From: Phoronis australis
Lineage: Eukaryota > Animalia > Phoronida
Reading direction: 5' to 3'
Assembly (NCBI GenBank): GCA_002633005.1
Contig: NMRA01000176.1
Location: 124,001-188,000 of the forward strand
DNA length: 64,000 nt
A program made the translations under genes and the position numbers. How positions within the stretch are numbered: the first letter of the stretch is position 1; each line of letters opens with the position of its first letter. The notes below the pieces were generated by a model. That model made no database searches, was not told the origin of the DNA, and saw nothing but the letters and a program-made list of their open reading frames with translations. This document shows, piece after piece, positions 13,401-27,828 of the stretch.

Positions 13401-16400
13401 GTGCAAATTTGTAATGTACGTGGCCTCTGTACAGAGACATCGGTCAGAGATAAAGTTTAACTTACTGCATGCTTCTAAGGTAAGCCTCTTAGAGGTGGCT
13501 GAGGTAATTTCTTATGTATTGTAATTCGTCACTGTCAATTCTTGTGCAATTATGCAGGTCAAGTGACTTGTTCTTTTATGTAGGTCAAGTGACTTGTGCT
13601 GTTATGTAGGTCAGTGACATTTACCTGAACAAAATGACTTTTAAAAATTTGGCTGCAGATGATCTTTGTTCAAGATTTGATGGTATGCGCATATTGTTGT
13701 TAGATAAGTTAAAGCGCTGAAGGTTAAATAGTCATTTATCCCATACGCGTTGAATCTTTCGAGGGAAATACGGCCATGTAATAAAGTTTTCCGTATTCAC
13801 CCCCCGCACTTCTTCAACAGTGACCTCTGACATGGAAAATTCAAAAGGTAGGTCAATGTCGACTTGAATCATCAAACTTTCTGAACATAGTTTAAAGTAA
13901 CACAGTTGCAGCAGTGTCAATAACACACGACATGCAACCAGGCCCTAAACGTAAAATTTGGAACAAAACTGTTAATTATATGACACTTCTGTCTCAGTTT
14001 TCAATTGCAGAATACTATCGTCTGCAAGTCAGGCGCCGATTCCTAGGAAATTACAATATCACGTTGTTATTTAACTATTTCCAGCAGATGTTAAAAGTGT
14101 ACTGCACAGTTGCCGTTGTTTTCATCTTTGCCTACCTCTTTTCAAGAAATAAATTGTTACTTTTCAGTAAAACTGTTTCTTTTACAAGAGAAAACTTGCA
14201 ACGTAACGCGCTGGTACATACATATCATTTGCCATGTGAACAGTCTGAGTGAAGCATTTAAAAAATCTGCCGAAAAAACGAAAGAAACTTAAGAATTCGA
14301 AGCGTATGGGATAAATACAAAACATTCCTCGATTGGCGTACATGAAGTAATATCCCGGCCCACGAGACATTATTTCACATATCGAACTCGACCTTCGGTC
14401 TCTTTCGATAAGCGGAATAAGGTCGAGTGGGATATTACGTCATGTATTCCACTCTCGGTACGTTTTGTGTATTTACGTCATCAGTTCTCTAAATGTGTCA
14501 CCATGGGCTCAGTAAAATCTTTTTATATCTTGTTGAAGAATTGTAGTATTAAATACTAGTACACTTTCAAATTCACTCATTGCATGACTACCAAATTCTT
14601 TTGCTCTGGTTGCTGTTTCATCAGTTCAATCTCATGTGTCTGTATAAGATTTTTATTCAAGTGGTTGTTACAGAGTATGAAGATTGCGACGTGGTTAGAG
14701 ACACATCAACAAACCAAGAGGACCATAATGCAAGCAAAGATGACGAAGACTCGCATAGTTTCGATGAAGGTTCTTACAAAGCGTGGGGTGACTAACATTT
14801 TCTAATTTTCTGAATGTCAAGGTCACAAATTGGCTGGCGAGCAGAGTATTTTTGAGTACACGAAGTACTTTTTAAAAACATTTCTCGACTTGTGAAGAAA
14901 TAAGAATCAATTTATTTTTGTTTGAGTCCATGCTTGGGTCATAGGATGACCTGCCTGCTGAGTTAAATTACAATTACTGGGCTTGGCCTCTGGTGATATC
15001 GAACTGTCATTTAATTGTTTCCATCTTCAGATTTTTTCCAATTTGATTAACGGTAGGGTTTTTATTTTTTCACACAAGGCAAGTTTATAACACCTTTGAG
15101 TAGAGGATCGAATTTTAAAAACTTTTTTTTCATTATTATGGTAGTGCTTATTTATTGAAAACCTAATGAGTAATTTTCATTCTGTTTGTATTCTTTGTGA
15201 TAGAAAGCAAAAGTATTAAACTAAGTTTCAGGATTTTCCGAGTCTAAGCAATGGCTATGATTCATCCAATTCTCTAAAAGGGACTTTTTTCATACAGACA
15301 CAAGGTGTCAGTAATTTAATAAGTGGATTTGTGACATTGACATTACGTGCACATCTTTCTTGTCTGCTGCAGTATATAATCTTGAGTGAAGTGGCTGGTT
15401 GGCTTCGAAATTTGATACGTCTGCTTATATTCGAACACAGTATTTGGAACTACGAAACTGTCTAGCTTTGAACACTGAGAAGCACATTTCTGTTTGCCAT
15501 GACGTCTCTTCCAATAATGCATGGCTTTGTTATATTGAATGCCATTTTGAAGTTTAACAATCATTTACGAATTTATACAACATGTTGCAGCTAAACACAC
15601 GAGTAGTTTATTGAAATTTAATAAAATGAATTGGAAGCAGAATGTTGAATTACTCCAGTCACTGGAAATCTGCAACGTCATTTTGGAGCAAAAAGGTTTG
15701 ATTTCTTGAAAATTGTCTTGCTGTAATTTTTTTTCTGCTTGGTTTCATTTTGTGTTTTTGACACAATTTTGACAGGAGTAGACGAATTTCTTTTTTGAAA
15801 ATTGTATACGGGCATTCCATCCAGAATGCAAATTTTCATGTAGACCACTTACCACTTTCAAATTGATCTCGGCTTGTTCCTTGCTCATATAACAAGTGAT
15901 TATGAACAGTAACAATGCCTAATTGTCTCCCAATTTGACTAAGTAACAATTTGAGATCAATTTCATAAGTGTAAATGATCCACCGGTATGTCAAAACTTA
16001 AGTTCTTTTTTGAAGCCGATCTTACAACTGGCATATCCAAGGGTTAAAGGCAGTGTTACAAACTTACTAATTTTCTGTTTTCACCCATAACAACTCAATT
16101 AGAAAGGGACATTTTTTCGTTATGAAAATGCATCTACTGTTTCACCTGTAATATCGATGGTTGTATTCTTCTTGTACTAAATAATACACTGTCATTATAT
16201 TTACATAGTACGACACATTAACTGGCTAATTTTAATATTTCTTAAATGTGTGGTGTTTTGGGCTCGTCACGTGGTTGCATGTAACTTATTGTGAACTAGT
16301 GCTCCTGTTTGGGACAGTGGAATTGCTCTAGGTCGTAGCCTGTGCCAAATTACAGGCAATGCTGGTTGCCCCAAATTCAAGAATTACAGTCATTAGACAA

Positions 16401-19400
16401 ACGCTCACTCAACTCCATGTTGCATGCCATGGGGACGCAGGAAAGGGTTGCATCAGCAGCAGTTTTTGGGGATTTTATGAACCGCCAAGTCTATTTTTAG
16501 ACTGTGGATATCAAATGCAGTGTCCGATATTCGGCAGATATCATGAAACTCTTCCATGTCCCAGTCTTCAGAATGAAGGAAATTCATTTCCGGCTAAATG
16601 TCCGGCATCCCAGATTTTAGACTTTCCCAAACTAGAGAATTTTTTTTGAACTGTCATTAAATTCACTAAGCTTGTGCCACCTAATGTTTTTTTGCAATAC
16701 TACACATACTTTGAAAGCCTGGAAGATAACTGTGTTCTGCAAAGACTGTTTAGTCAGGGTAGACAATTTCTGTCCCTCATGTATCTCGGTCACAAGGGGC
16801 TGTGTTTCTATTTTCTTGCATCATAATTCTCTTCATAAGAACATGTTTCTTTCAATCCTCATAAAATTCGGTTGTATTCAGGGGCAGTTTGCAGAATTTT
16901 CACTTGAATGTTTACAATGAAGTACGAAGCACAATGTGGCTATCAGGTGAAACTTTATTTTACAAATTGAAAATTCTCAAAATTGAAATTTTATTTTATT
17001 ACTAGAGCATGATTTGTACAGAAAACATTATTTTCTCAATTTTCAATAATATCCAGCAAGACAATCAGTTTTTGAAAAATGCAAAAATGTCAAGTTTGAC
17101 ATTTATTTTCGTGTGCAACAACTGAAGAATTATTGTTCCTTAGTATTATACTTTCACCTCTTGTGAAAGTGTGATGACGACAGGTTGACATCAAAAGAAC
17201 GTTGTTCATGATAACGTCCCAGCAGTTTGTGAGGTCAAAAGATTGTCCAGCAAGATAGTTGTAATTTGTGTACTTGACAGGTTCCCTTGAATGTCTCCAA
17301 ATTTATAGGGGTAAATAATGTTTGTGGTTTATGCTATTCCAGTACACAGTACACAGGCAACAGAGGTGTTAGTGCCTGGTGTACTATCTGTTTTGCATTA
17401 AGTGTTGGTACAAACTGATTAAATTACACATTATAACAGATTGTTGGTAATTTTCAGTTCCTTCACCAGGGGCACTACTACGAGTTTTCGGTTTTTGATT
17501 TCTGGTAGGTGTGACCCAGTCGCATGCAGTCACTAATCATCCTTGTACTGACTATTTTCTGGTTATCAGGCTCAAAGGAAGTGCATGAAGACGTACCAGC
17601 TGCCACTCTGTCTGACCCCATTAAGGCTGGATATCTTGATAAGAAGAGGAAACATGGTTTGTAAAGTTACACTTTGCTTAACATGTCAGTAATTAACATA
17701 CTTGTTTCACTGAAAGTGGTTGTGAACTCGCTTTACGTTATAATATTCAACTTTAGATTATAGATCACTTGCCAGGATTTTTACGGTTAAGTTTCTTTAA
17801 ATTAGATCGCAGTATGGCGGAACAATTAAATTTTATTTCATCAAAATTTTCAACTAGTCAAGACTAAACAAAAATGTTATTTTGCTTCAGAATCTTTAAA
17901 GCTTTTTGTGGTAAGACTGGCATCAACAAATGCACAATGAAATTTTGATTAATTTTGGCAATACATCGAGCTTTGGAAAAATGAAAAATACAATTTTGGC
18001 CGTTGCTTTTGTTCGCATTTGAGGAAACTTTACTGTAAAGTGATCTTAGGCTATTCCTTAGTCAAACTATGTACTGATTTCACGGCTTGGAAGGAACTGA
18101 CTGTTTGGTATTGTTTGAAACTGGGCTCTACAAGATTCGCAATGAGACAGTTCTCCGCATAATTTCCAATTCACCAATTGCTGACAGTAGTAAGGGGACT
18201 CCATAATATGTTCAGTCCAGCTCAGATCATGAGAAATGGTAACAAGCACTTGAACAATTATAGAAACATAATCAATGTTTGTGGAATTTGATAAAATATT
18301 AATGGCACTGAGATCACCTAACTGCTGATTCATGCAAAGCTGAAAAATAGCTATGTTTAACAATGTGTGGCATTTGCCTTAAGTTTGTCCTAACATATTT
18401 TTGGACTTGGAAAGTTTCAGAGAGGACAAGTCTACAAGACGCACGGACAAATGCGTCCAGGCCTTCGTGCCATTTATTTCCCGCCCATTTCAAATACCAA
18501 GCTCCGTGAAGCATGGAGATGAGGTATTAACAATCAAACTTAAAATGGCCATTCCCAAAAGTAGAAACTGTAAGTCTTGTTGTGCCAAGATGTGATGTAT
18601 GGCTGCATTAGCTTGTCAAACCAACACTAGCATGAGGCATTTTCCCATTCAAAGTTAATGCATTCTTTGAGATAAAGATCTCTCTGATAATCAATGGTGT
18701 TGTCCATGCATGTTACACTAAAGAGGTTTTTGGTACATATCAGAAACATCAGTAGCAATGCCAGCTAGTTCTCTTCTCTTCTGTTGAAATTAACCAATTT
18801 TCAATGAGGTCTTTAATTTTTATAGTCTCCAGTATCTAAATTGAGCGGGAAAAATATTGTCAGGAACAGGCAATTGTTATCACTGAGAAATACCTATCTC
18901 TGTTGCCTAATCCTCAAACCCAAAGCAGCTGGCCACTAAGGTCCAGGCACTGTGGTATGTGCCTATTGTAATCCCAACCCAAGAGAAGTGCTGGTTAGAA
19001 AATAATCTGATGTACATAAGTCATGTAACGTGCAATGAACGTGTCAGCGTTATTACTTGGATTGTATCTTCATGTTTTTTTTGTTTTTTTTTTGATTTAC
19101 AGAAACTGGTTTGTTGAAACTGCAGCCCTATCAAAAGAGGTGGTGTGTCATAAAAGGTAACACCCTTTATTACTATGCCTCACCTAAAGACAGGAAACAG
19201 AAAGGCGCATTTACTGTTGATGGTAAGTATAAGATTTAGAAACTCCATGTGCTAGCAATAAATATGCCCTTACAATAATTTACAGTAAAAACTTGCCAAG
19301 GGCGAAATGCCCACTAAGTCTGATTAGGTTTCTACTTTCGGTCAGTGGTGCATATGGCTTAGTGGACTAAAGAATCTGCACAGTTAGCAAATTGAAGGTC

Positions 19401-19684
19401 CCAGGTTAATTCAAGTAAAAAATGGGCAACAACGTTATTTTTGGGTTTTTTGATAAAAAAGAAAATTTTAAAAACATTGTTTTATTATTGGGTTAACAGT
19501 TTATTTATATCCAAAAGTTTGGATCAAAAAGATTACTTCTAAGTAGATTTTTAACTTCATCAAAGAATATTATATGAGTGAAAAGTATAATGCTCGTAAG
19601 AATTTGAATTTAGAATTTATACAAAAAAGATGGTGTAACTTTGAAACGTTTTTTCTTAGCAGTCAAGAGGATTAGTTATGGGTA

Positions 19685-19721
<37 letters not shown>

Positions 19722-22700
19722 TGTTCTTTGTCTTTTTGTGATATTGTAATGTTTTTCTCATTGCCAATAAATGTATAAAAATTTTTTAAAAAAAATGGGC
19801 CATAAATCTTTTCAGACTTATATTCTTTAAGTCACATGATGTGGCCACAGTTGGCCTGCTGACCAGACTTAAAAATGATTTCATTGATTGCAGTGCAATA
19901 AATTAATGTTTTTAAATTAGTTCTTAGACTTCAACGAAACTCTTAAACCAGGCAGGTTCTTTCGTAATCTTGCTGGAAATTATTTTGTATCTCTTGGAGT
20001 AGATCTTGCCTATGCTGTGTGCATGCGTGATCGCTCTATATTTAATGGTAAATTAGACGGAAATCCACCATTATTGTCTTTATTTCAGTTTGAAGTAGCA
20101 TTCTATGGAGCTTTTATGGTTTTAAATTAAAAGTAATACTTTAGTATACAAATTACTTAACTTGCAGATTATGAGGCTCGGCCTTGCGTTACAAACAAAA
20201 AAGACTCTGGGTTTGAGTTAGTTTGTCCGGGTCACAGAACCTATGTCGTACGTATCCTTATTGCAGCTGTGTATATTCATAGACTACATGGAATTTATCG
20301 GCTGCTTCTAACTTGATTTAAATATTTCAATTTGCGCTGCGTGGAGCTTTAAAAGTTATCAAGTTTTTGCCTCATCTTGTGCCTCCACTGTTCTCCATTC
20401 TGAATACTTGTCCTTTGGTAACCGTCACTTACAGGAGTTCAGCCTTTTGAGAACCAGTTTCATCAATTGAAGAATGTGTGTCAAATTGGTTCTAAAAATG
20501 TGGGACCCCTGTATTGACTTTTGCCCTTTCTACAGGATGTAATTTTGCTTCTATCCAGAAGTGATTGCTTGGCACTATAGTAGCTTTCCATAAAGTCTTG
20601 CTGCTGACTCCAACTTGTGTAACTTCTTAGCTGAGGTGCATTGATGCCTCTAAACGAGCCTGTTGTCTTTGGGCAAACAAATGGGACACCTACATGTTGA
20701 TACTCAAGATCCGTGATAAAATTCTGCTATAAATTTCCGCACTTGAAAAAATTAATGCAATTTTTTTTCTCACGAAATAATATTCTTTTCTCATTAACTG
20801 CAAAAACCTGGAGTTTTAATGCCTATGGGGACAGATTTGATACACTCTCTACCAAGCTCATCATTTATGCTATTCACCTTCATGAGTCGGAACTATTCAC
20901 ATGCTACGTAACTATAGTGTGAATCCCGTGCAACTCTGACTCAAAGCTGCTATTGGTCATGAAATGAAAAGTGGTTACTAAATAAGAATAGAATTGAATT
21001 GCTCTTGATGAGGAAAGAATATAACTCGTAAGAAGAAAATTGCACTAATGATAAAGCTTGTTGTTAATGACAATACCAGGACCGGCCATGATGGAAGAAA
21101 AATGTTTCTCTTTTTAACTAACTTGCTTCCATACAGTTCAGTGCCTGCAGCCCTGAAGAGTGTAGCAGCTGGCTTGAGGCCTTGGCAACCGTGAGCAAAG
21201 CCACCAGTGAACTGAGCAAGGTACCCATAGGTAGGTTGTTTTGACTATATGGTCTTTACAGTGTCACTGGTGCAACTATGATATTGTAAGAGTGGATTGA
21301 TCACAGTATTGGATTGAGCAATTCCCAGTTGCCCCCGAAAATGGAATTTTGGTGGGGTCGTAGGCTGTGTCCGTAGGTGCTAGGCTCCTAAATCTGTCTC
21401 CAGGTTTGTCATTGAATAGCACTAGAAGTGTATTATTTGCTAAATTGTTTAGGCACCTGCTGTTAACAGTATTTTAATGGAAGACATATAGTCACCTGGT
21501 GATGCTAGGTAACTCCTCTTCTTAGCACCTGGTGAGATTGAGGAGGGACTGCAGTTCATCAGAGTGGGGACATCTGTGGGGATTGTCCAGTCTGACAACC
21601 TGAATGTATGCATTTCTAAATGTAAGATTGTAGTCACACTAGCACGACCTACATGTATCAGATTTTAAATCACCATGATTGTTTTAGTCATTTCCAAATT
21701 GACAGATTTTTCAAAAGCTGTCTATAACTGGCTTTAAATAGTCAAAATGCTAGGTGTTGTCTGTAACAGCAGTAGCTTACAGTACTCAACCATTGGTTTT
21801 AGGATGTAATTTTCATTTTATTTAGAGTAATGAAAAATTTTGGTTTTAGTTAATAAAACATAATTTAGCGTATTAGAAACAGAGGAAGAACGGTGGGATA
21901 GTTGTGTCCCTTGTCAGTAGTTGTGTCCCCTGTCGGCTGTAGTCTCTGATAACAGTATCCACATCCTTAAATTTTTCAAAACAGAAATGGTTCAAATCAA
22001 AACATGGAATTTTGATTTAGCTTTTTTCAAAAATGTTGTTTGAGCATGACTCACCGATCACACAACTCTATTCATTCTCCGGCTGTATGCTAGGCAAGGG
22101 GTTTCAGGTGGTTAGAACTTTGATTGGTTCACAAACAGTAAGACGATTAGGGTTGGCCCGAGTGAGAGTGAATACATTTCAGCCAATGGAAACTTGTTGC
22201 AGATGCTGACGATGAAGGGGGTGAAGATTACGTGGATCCAAACGAGGTTGTCAACTATATTGAGCCTGAAGAGGGCAGTGCTGTGTCTAGATCACAAGCA
22301 CAAGAGGAGATGGCCAATAACAAAACAAAAGGCAAGAAGTCTCTGCCACCACTACCTGTAGAGGAGGTGAGACCTGGCTGGCCATGGAGGCCAGTGTGCT
22401 ACTGTGGAATCCATGCGAGATAGGAACAAGGAATACAGGGAAACAATTTATGAATTGGTGTTGACACAGTACTCAAAGTTAAGCTTTCTGTGCTGTTGGC
22501 TGAAATATAATCCACAAATAATAATTATTGTCAAGTGAGGCAGCATGACGATTCTCCACTTATTTTGCACAAAAAGTTATGGCCAAAATTGTCTTTTTCC
22601 ATTTTCAAAAAGACTGATTTAGCGAAGTTCAATAGGAAGATGTTTGGATGACCCATGCTGCACAGTTTCCAAAAATACACCACAAGCAGAACTTTATTGT

Positions 22701-25700
22701 GAATGGGTCTCTTTGGTTCGTACATTAGATCTAAGCAAAATACCATTTTTGATTCGCCCACATGTACATGACTTTGTTTGGGTGCACAGTGCTGCCATCT
22801 ATGTACAGGCATCTGGCATCCACTGCTTATCTCCTAAACTCTGTGCAGGGTCTCAACGCGGGAATCCAGCAGGATTCTAATTCTGGATCAGTCTCGATAA
22901 AATCTCGACAGGGGTTGCTCTATATTCGCGTGACAATTAGTTGCCAGGCGCAATTAGGTCAAATTAATTCTGAAAAAAGTTTGACAAATTGTTAATGTTT
23001 TATTGTTACAATTTTTACTCTAAATTGGCAAATAATTCTGACAAGAACTTTATTCAAGTGTGGCAGAATCTGGCAGAGTTCTAGTTTTATTTTCAAAACT
23101 CCTTGTCTGTACCTTTACAGTTTCTAATGCACGCAATGTTGCATATCTTCACTCTGCATATTGCTCTTGTTACATTTTTCATGGCTTTGGGGTTCTGTTG
23201 TTTCGGATACTCACAATTTTTCAGATATTATTGGTTACTATGGTTAGAAGACTTCAATATAATAATTTGGTGATAATTCAACTGTATAAATGAGTGCAGT
23301 GTAATTTCAATTGCCTCCCATGTGGTATTCTAATTTGATGCAATTTTATCATGATTATTGAATAATTGTAGGCCGTCTATGATGATGGTGACAACCGCTC
23401 ACAGGATATTATTGAGGAAGATATTTACAACGATCCCGAGGAAGATGAGTTAAGGTACTGTGTGCATGCTAGAAGAGAAAAATTTGGATGAAAGATGAGA
23501 TGTTTTTCCTCGTCTATAGAGTTGTCTGGAAAGTTCCACCATCTTTGCTCATGCTCTGTTTCGTAGACCACAAGACATTTTAAGCTTGCATTTGCAACAA
23601 AAAAATTACTTGTCAATTCAATCCCACAATGCAACACTCCAAACTTGCTGTTCACTTCAGGTGGCGGCCATGGTGCTAGGATAGTAATCTTCTGAGCATA
23701 TTCTCGGAACACTCGTGTGATTTTGTGAGGTCTTCTGAGATCTCAGTTTTCATGTGCGAGACTAGGTTTACGGAATTCTCTCCCGCATTTGTCCAGAGAT
23801 CGAATGATTGAATCACCACAGCAGTGTACAACTCTAGGTATCAGCTTAACTCCTATACCCATTGAGCCCCTAGTGTCCTCATTGGACGGATAAGATGATT
23901 TGGTTCTCACCGGAATTCAACTTGCCTGATACCTAGGTGGCCGAGGAGGTGACCATCATTGTACTGATTTATTACCACACAATAAAAAAGTTAATCCATT
24001 TAGGGACAGTGAAAATTTTTTCCAAAAGTCGAAGCTTGTATCAATTTTTAGAAATAGTCAATATTAGGTATCTGAAATGCAAGAATAATGATCAATAACA
24101 AACAATGATTTGCCTCAAAGTTTCTGTACTATGGGGTAACATGATTTTGTCTTAGAGACTGCTTTAAGTCAGAGAATTTTCATTGTATTCTGTATTAAAT
24201 TAACTGTTGAACCAGACACTAAGTAGCCGTGATGGCAGATCTTGGTTGTGTTCAATCAAATGCAAATTGGGCACTTATTAAGAATTTTCCTTATTGAAGG
24301 GAAACTATGCACTTAGTGCCAAATGAAAACAGAGTAGAAATTTCACTTGGTGGCCACAAGACCCTAATAATACAATACCATTGAATTCAAAGAGGAATAA
24401 AGTATTGAGTGCTTTTAGCCTTATGACAGTGTTATAATACGTTTTTAAACCCATATCACACAAGTCAGATATTATTGGGTACTAGGCTTACAAAGAGTTT
24501 TTGCTGTTTTAAGGCGACGGTCACAAACCCCTGTTGAGGAAATCATTGAAGAAGAAGTTTATGATGATGCCAGTGTCCTGCCAAGTTCGCCTCCTGAGAT
24601 TCCTGACACCCCTCGACCAAATCATACTTCTGTGAGCTCGCCAAGGTAAGGAAGTGTGTAATGTATTTGTGTGTCTGTTAGTCTGTGTGGCTTTGAGAGG
24701 TTCATAAATATGTACCTTTGAAGGTTTCTGACAGTTGAACGCAGTGAAAATGGCCTATCACCTTCAACTCTATTATTCTGCAATTTTGCATTTCAATGCG
24801 TGTTTTTTATTTTACTAAACATCAAAACCAAGTGATACCCTATTGCTATTGAAACTAACAGCACAATGAAGTAATAGACATAATTTTTTGTTGTCCCAGG
24901 TTGCCTAACTTTACTTCAACACATTGCAGAAATCTGATGAAACTTTGTGATGCGTTCACTGTTTTCAGTTTAGAATACAGGAGTTGTTACAGTACGGATG
25001 ATTCTGGCCCATGTCACAATCATCGGAATCAAGAAAGTTTAGTTTTGAATTTCAATGTTCTAAATCTGAGAAACTGGCCCAAACTGATTCAGAATTATCA
25101 CCGTAGTATCAAATTTTAAACCGATTCGCTAAATTTTTTTCAGTTCACCACCTGCTGTGGATGAGGACGGTGAAGAAATTTATGATGACACGGATGTGGT
25201 CTCCAGCCCACCACTGCTACCGCAATCAAGGGCGTTACCGCCGAGTCCAGCAGAGAAAAAGGTTAGGTGGTTTGTTGATCAAGTGTTCAGTAAGACTTGA
25301 AATTAGGTCAACCGAAATTGAGGAAAGAAGCTTAGCAGGGACAAATTAATTCGCTGAAACTAAGACAGATTTAGTAATAATTTGCTTCTTGTGATTTGAA
25401 CACTGATTGAAGTTATTACACGTTTTACGCTCAAACTAGATTTGGACTTACTAATATTTGAAAATCTGTATATTTGTAGATACGCCCCAAGTAGTTGACA
25501 GGCAGAGTTGTGTGTTGCTGTTTACTATCCTATTAGTAATGTTCGATTATCTCGGTATTTCTGTTTGCTGAATCATTTCATACTAGACCTTGTGCTTGCT
25601 GCTGCTGTTACAATAAATGAGTGCATTGTTTTGTAATTTTCAGGAGGAAAAACCTGTACCTGACCGAGAAACGGATGTTGAAAACCTTTACTTAGCTATG

Positions 25701-25871
25701 TGGGATTGTGAGGCTGGTGAAATCAACGAACTGTCATTCAAACGTGGAGATGTCATTCACATCATTGGTCATGAATACGAGCAACATAACTGGCTGACTG
25801 GAGAGTTAGGCGGGGCTACTGGGCTTGTGCCGAAAAATTATTTGATGAGAGCTTACGAGCGCATACAATAA
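7466..25871 (+). CDS. SKAP2: SKAP1/SKAP2-like Src kinase-associated phosphoprotein (N-terminal dimerisation helix, PH domain, acidic Tyr-motif region, C-terminal SH3)
   Basis: Exons 7466-7514, 11853-12002, ~14674-14769 (ends uncertain), 17570-17656, 19103-19222, 20168-20247, 21137-21230, 22203-22366, 23372-23454, 24514-24645, 25144-25261, 25644-25871; GT-AG with matching phases. Motifs: LRQILEDVQKFLVITLK (SKAP dimerisation), IKAGYLDKKRK...YQKRWCVIKGNTLYYY...KQKGAF...FELVCPGHRTYVF...W (PH), YLAMWDCEAGEINELSFKRGD...WLTGEL...GLVPKNYL (SH3). AATAAA at 26455. Confidence 0.9.
7655..7790 (+). repeat. End of a dispersed repeat shared with 63338-63480
   Basis: TAGGGGATACAATACTTCCCATTGCTTTCTGTAC...TTTTCACCTTGTCAACAATACATTCTACACTTAAAACT matches the sequence that interrupts the THAP ORF. 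Confidence 0.75.
7840..8365 (+). repeat. ~500-bp repeat, forward copy (left arm of intronic inverted repeat)
   Basis: Reverse-complement match to 10625-11135 and 11180-11685, e.g. CCCAACTTGTTGTTGGGCTATAGAAT vs ATTCTATAGCCCAACAACAAGTTGGG, and CAGAAATGCTATTGG vs CCAATAGCATTTCTG. Confidence 0.9.
9031..9784. mobile_element. PIF/Harbinger-like MITE, same TIR family as 2717-3280
   Basis: GGGCTGTTCCAGTAAAATCC ... GATTTTGCTGGAACAGCCC, flanks TTG/TTA (degenerate 3-bp TSD); internal GGGTGGT motifs run opposite to the first copy. Confidence 0.75.
10625..11685 (-). repeat. Two tandem diverged copies of the ~500-bp repeat, inverted relative to 7840-8365
   Basis: 10625-11135 and 11180-11685 share blocks such as ACACGACTGATTAACTCCAT, AGATCGTATCTAGCCTGACTGGGCTG and AAAGTTAAGTTATAA. 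Confidence 0.9.
13139..13310. mobile_element. Small MITE-like element
   Basis: Terminal inverted repeat AATTGACCTAT ... ATAGGTCAATT around about 170 bp of non-coding sequence. Confidence 0.5.
14310..14478. repeat. Degenerate palindromic (foldback) element
   Basis: TAAATAC...TACATGAAGTAATATCCC...TATCGAA...GACCTTCGGTC...TTCGATA...GGGATATTACGTCATGTA...GTATTTA is self-complementary about a CTTCGG loop. Confidence 0.6.
19688..19721. repeat. (GT)n microsatellite
   Basis: Directly visible. Confidence 0.95.
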
Positions 25872-27828
25872 GTGGACATGAACAGTGGACATGATATGGT
25901 CAAGGTGTAACTGCTAACAATGAAGTCACTGTCTCGTGATTGTATCTACAAGTAGTTTATTACGGGCTCTCCTTCTAAGAGAACCATATTTTGTGCTTTA
26001 GTAGCCAATCATAATACGAAGGCTTTTTCGCTAATGAAATAACTTCAAATGAGCCGACTAGGAACTGATGTAACTGTTTGGATCTAGCTGAATCTATATC
26101 GAGCTGAAGTTAAAAAATAGAAGGCGTGATCTGTAAAGGAGAATTGTTCCACACTTCCATGTGTGTGTTGTTCTTAGTTTATGATGCCAGTGTCGCACAT
26201 GGTTAAATTAAAGAGTGCAGGTGGCCTGATACCTTTTGCGGTACATCAGGCCTGTTTTGGCCTTGTATGGTTGTACTCTGCTTAGCATCACTATGATGCA
26301 AGAAATTTTCTTCCTTTCCTAGTTAAAGTGATGTCATCCAATAACAAAAATACTCTGCTATTTTATATTAGGTAACAATTTTTGTTAAAGGAGCACGTGG
26401 GGCAGGTTTTTTCCCCTGTTGAGTTTATATACTGCTGCGAATTGCTTTGGAAGCAATAAATTTGGTTTATCATGCTTTGTTTCAGCTACCTTTTTTTTGT
26501 GTTTAAAGCCCAGTGCAGCGCCATCTATGAGAACCGCGATTGTTTTGATTCATGTCAACATTTCTAATTACACATGGTAAAACCTGGCAAAGAATGGAGT
26601 CCACGAATTGTTCCAAAGAAAGATCCATCACCGCTAACTTTATTCATTCCGGTTTGAAGTTTGCGATTGCTGCTTGAGCTAATTATCCCTGTGTGTAACT
26701 ATCAAGGTTTTTTTAAAGATGCAATTATAAGTCTTAACACCATCTTTCCATTTAGGTCACTTACAATTTTCTCATCTTGTTACATACTCAAAATGGAATG
26801 AATTTCAATGACTAAGAAGTGGCAGTTTTTCATTGCTTCAAAGCATGCTTTTTAAATTATAACTCATCGCGATGGCTATTTACAGACTGAAACACAATGG
26901 CTGCCAGTGGCCATTGCAGGAGTTTGAGCAAATAGGGACAGCAAGTGCAGTGTCACAGTTTAGCAACAAATCTGACATGTTGGTTACAAACAAACATGGC
27001 ATCTCTAATGTGATTGCATGAAGTTGACAATTTGCCCATTTTAAACTTTCTTGCATTGCCCCATTGCATTCAATCGCTGCCAGTAATTGGTTCTGTGATC
27101 ATTGGGCAATGGAGGGGTGGTGTTGGCAATATTTTAATTATTCATCAAAAGACCTTTATCTTCTACATCTCCCTCAATGATTATTCTTTAGTCAGCTTCA
27201 AAACGGTGTACCTTGATACAGTCACCAAAAAATTCCTGAAATCTACACTGCCAGTCACATAGACAAGCTGTTCTTTGCAACCAAGATGGCCAACTTATGA
27301 CATTACCACCTTCGGTCACTATTTGAATTGGGGAAAAAGGGCAAGAACTTGATCACGATACTTTGGAAGTGCAAATATGACTGAAGAAGGTTGTTTGGAT
27401 ACCAGAACGTGTTTCATTACTGGCAGCTTTAAGATCAAACAAATTAACTTGGTTTACTATTTTTATTTCAAATCGCAAGACATAAATAACAAGTAACTTA
27501 ACATAAAATCAGGTAACACAGCACCTACAAAACACAATCAAATGTTCAATGGAGATGAGAGGAAGATTATTTTTTTGCAGAACTGCAGCTAAAAACTGGA
27601 CTGATAAAGCAAAATGGGTTAGTGAACTGAAAGCATCAATTAAAATCTTGTACCAAAAAATTTCATTTTCTTAGCTACATGTTTTTTAAAACATGTATTT
27701 ATCTTAAAAATGAATATTGCTTTGGCTCTCGATGAAATGGTTATGTCGACTAAATGTATTGACTATTAAAAAAACATTGCCTACCAAACCGTTTGCATTT
27801 TGACTGCTTGATCCTAAAGACAACTCTA

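Noticed and set aside
15340-15560. Minus-strand DKKDVHVMS resembling a piggyBac motif
   Set aside because: Single short motif with no supporting blocks, TIRs or TTAA TSD.
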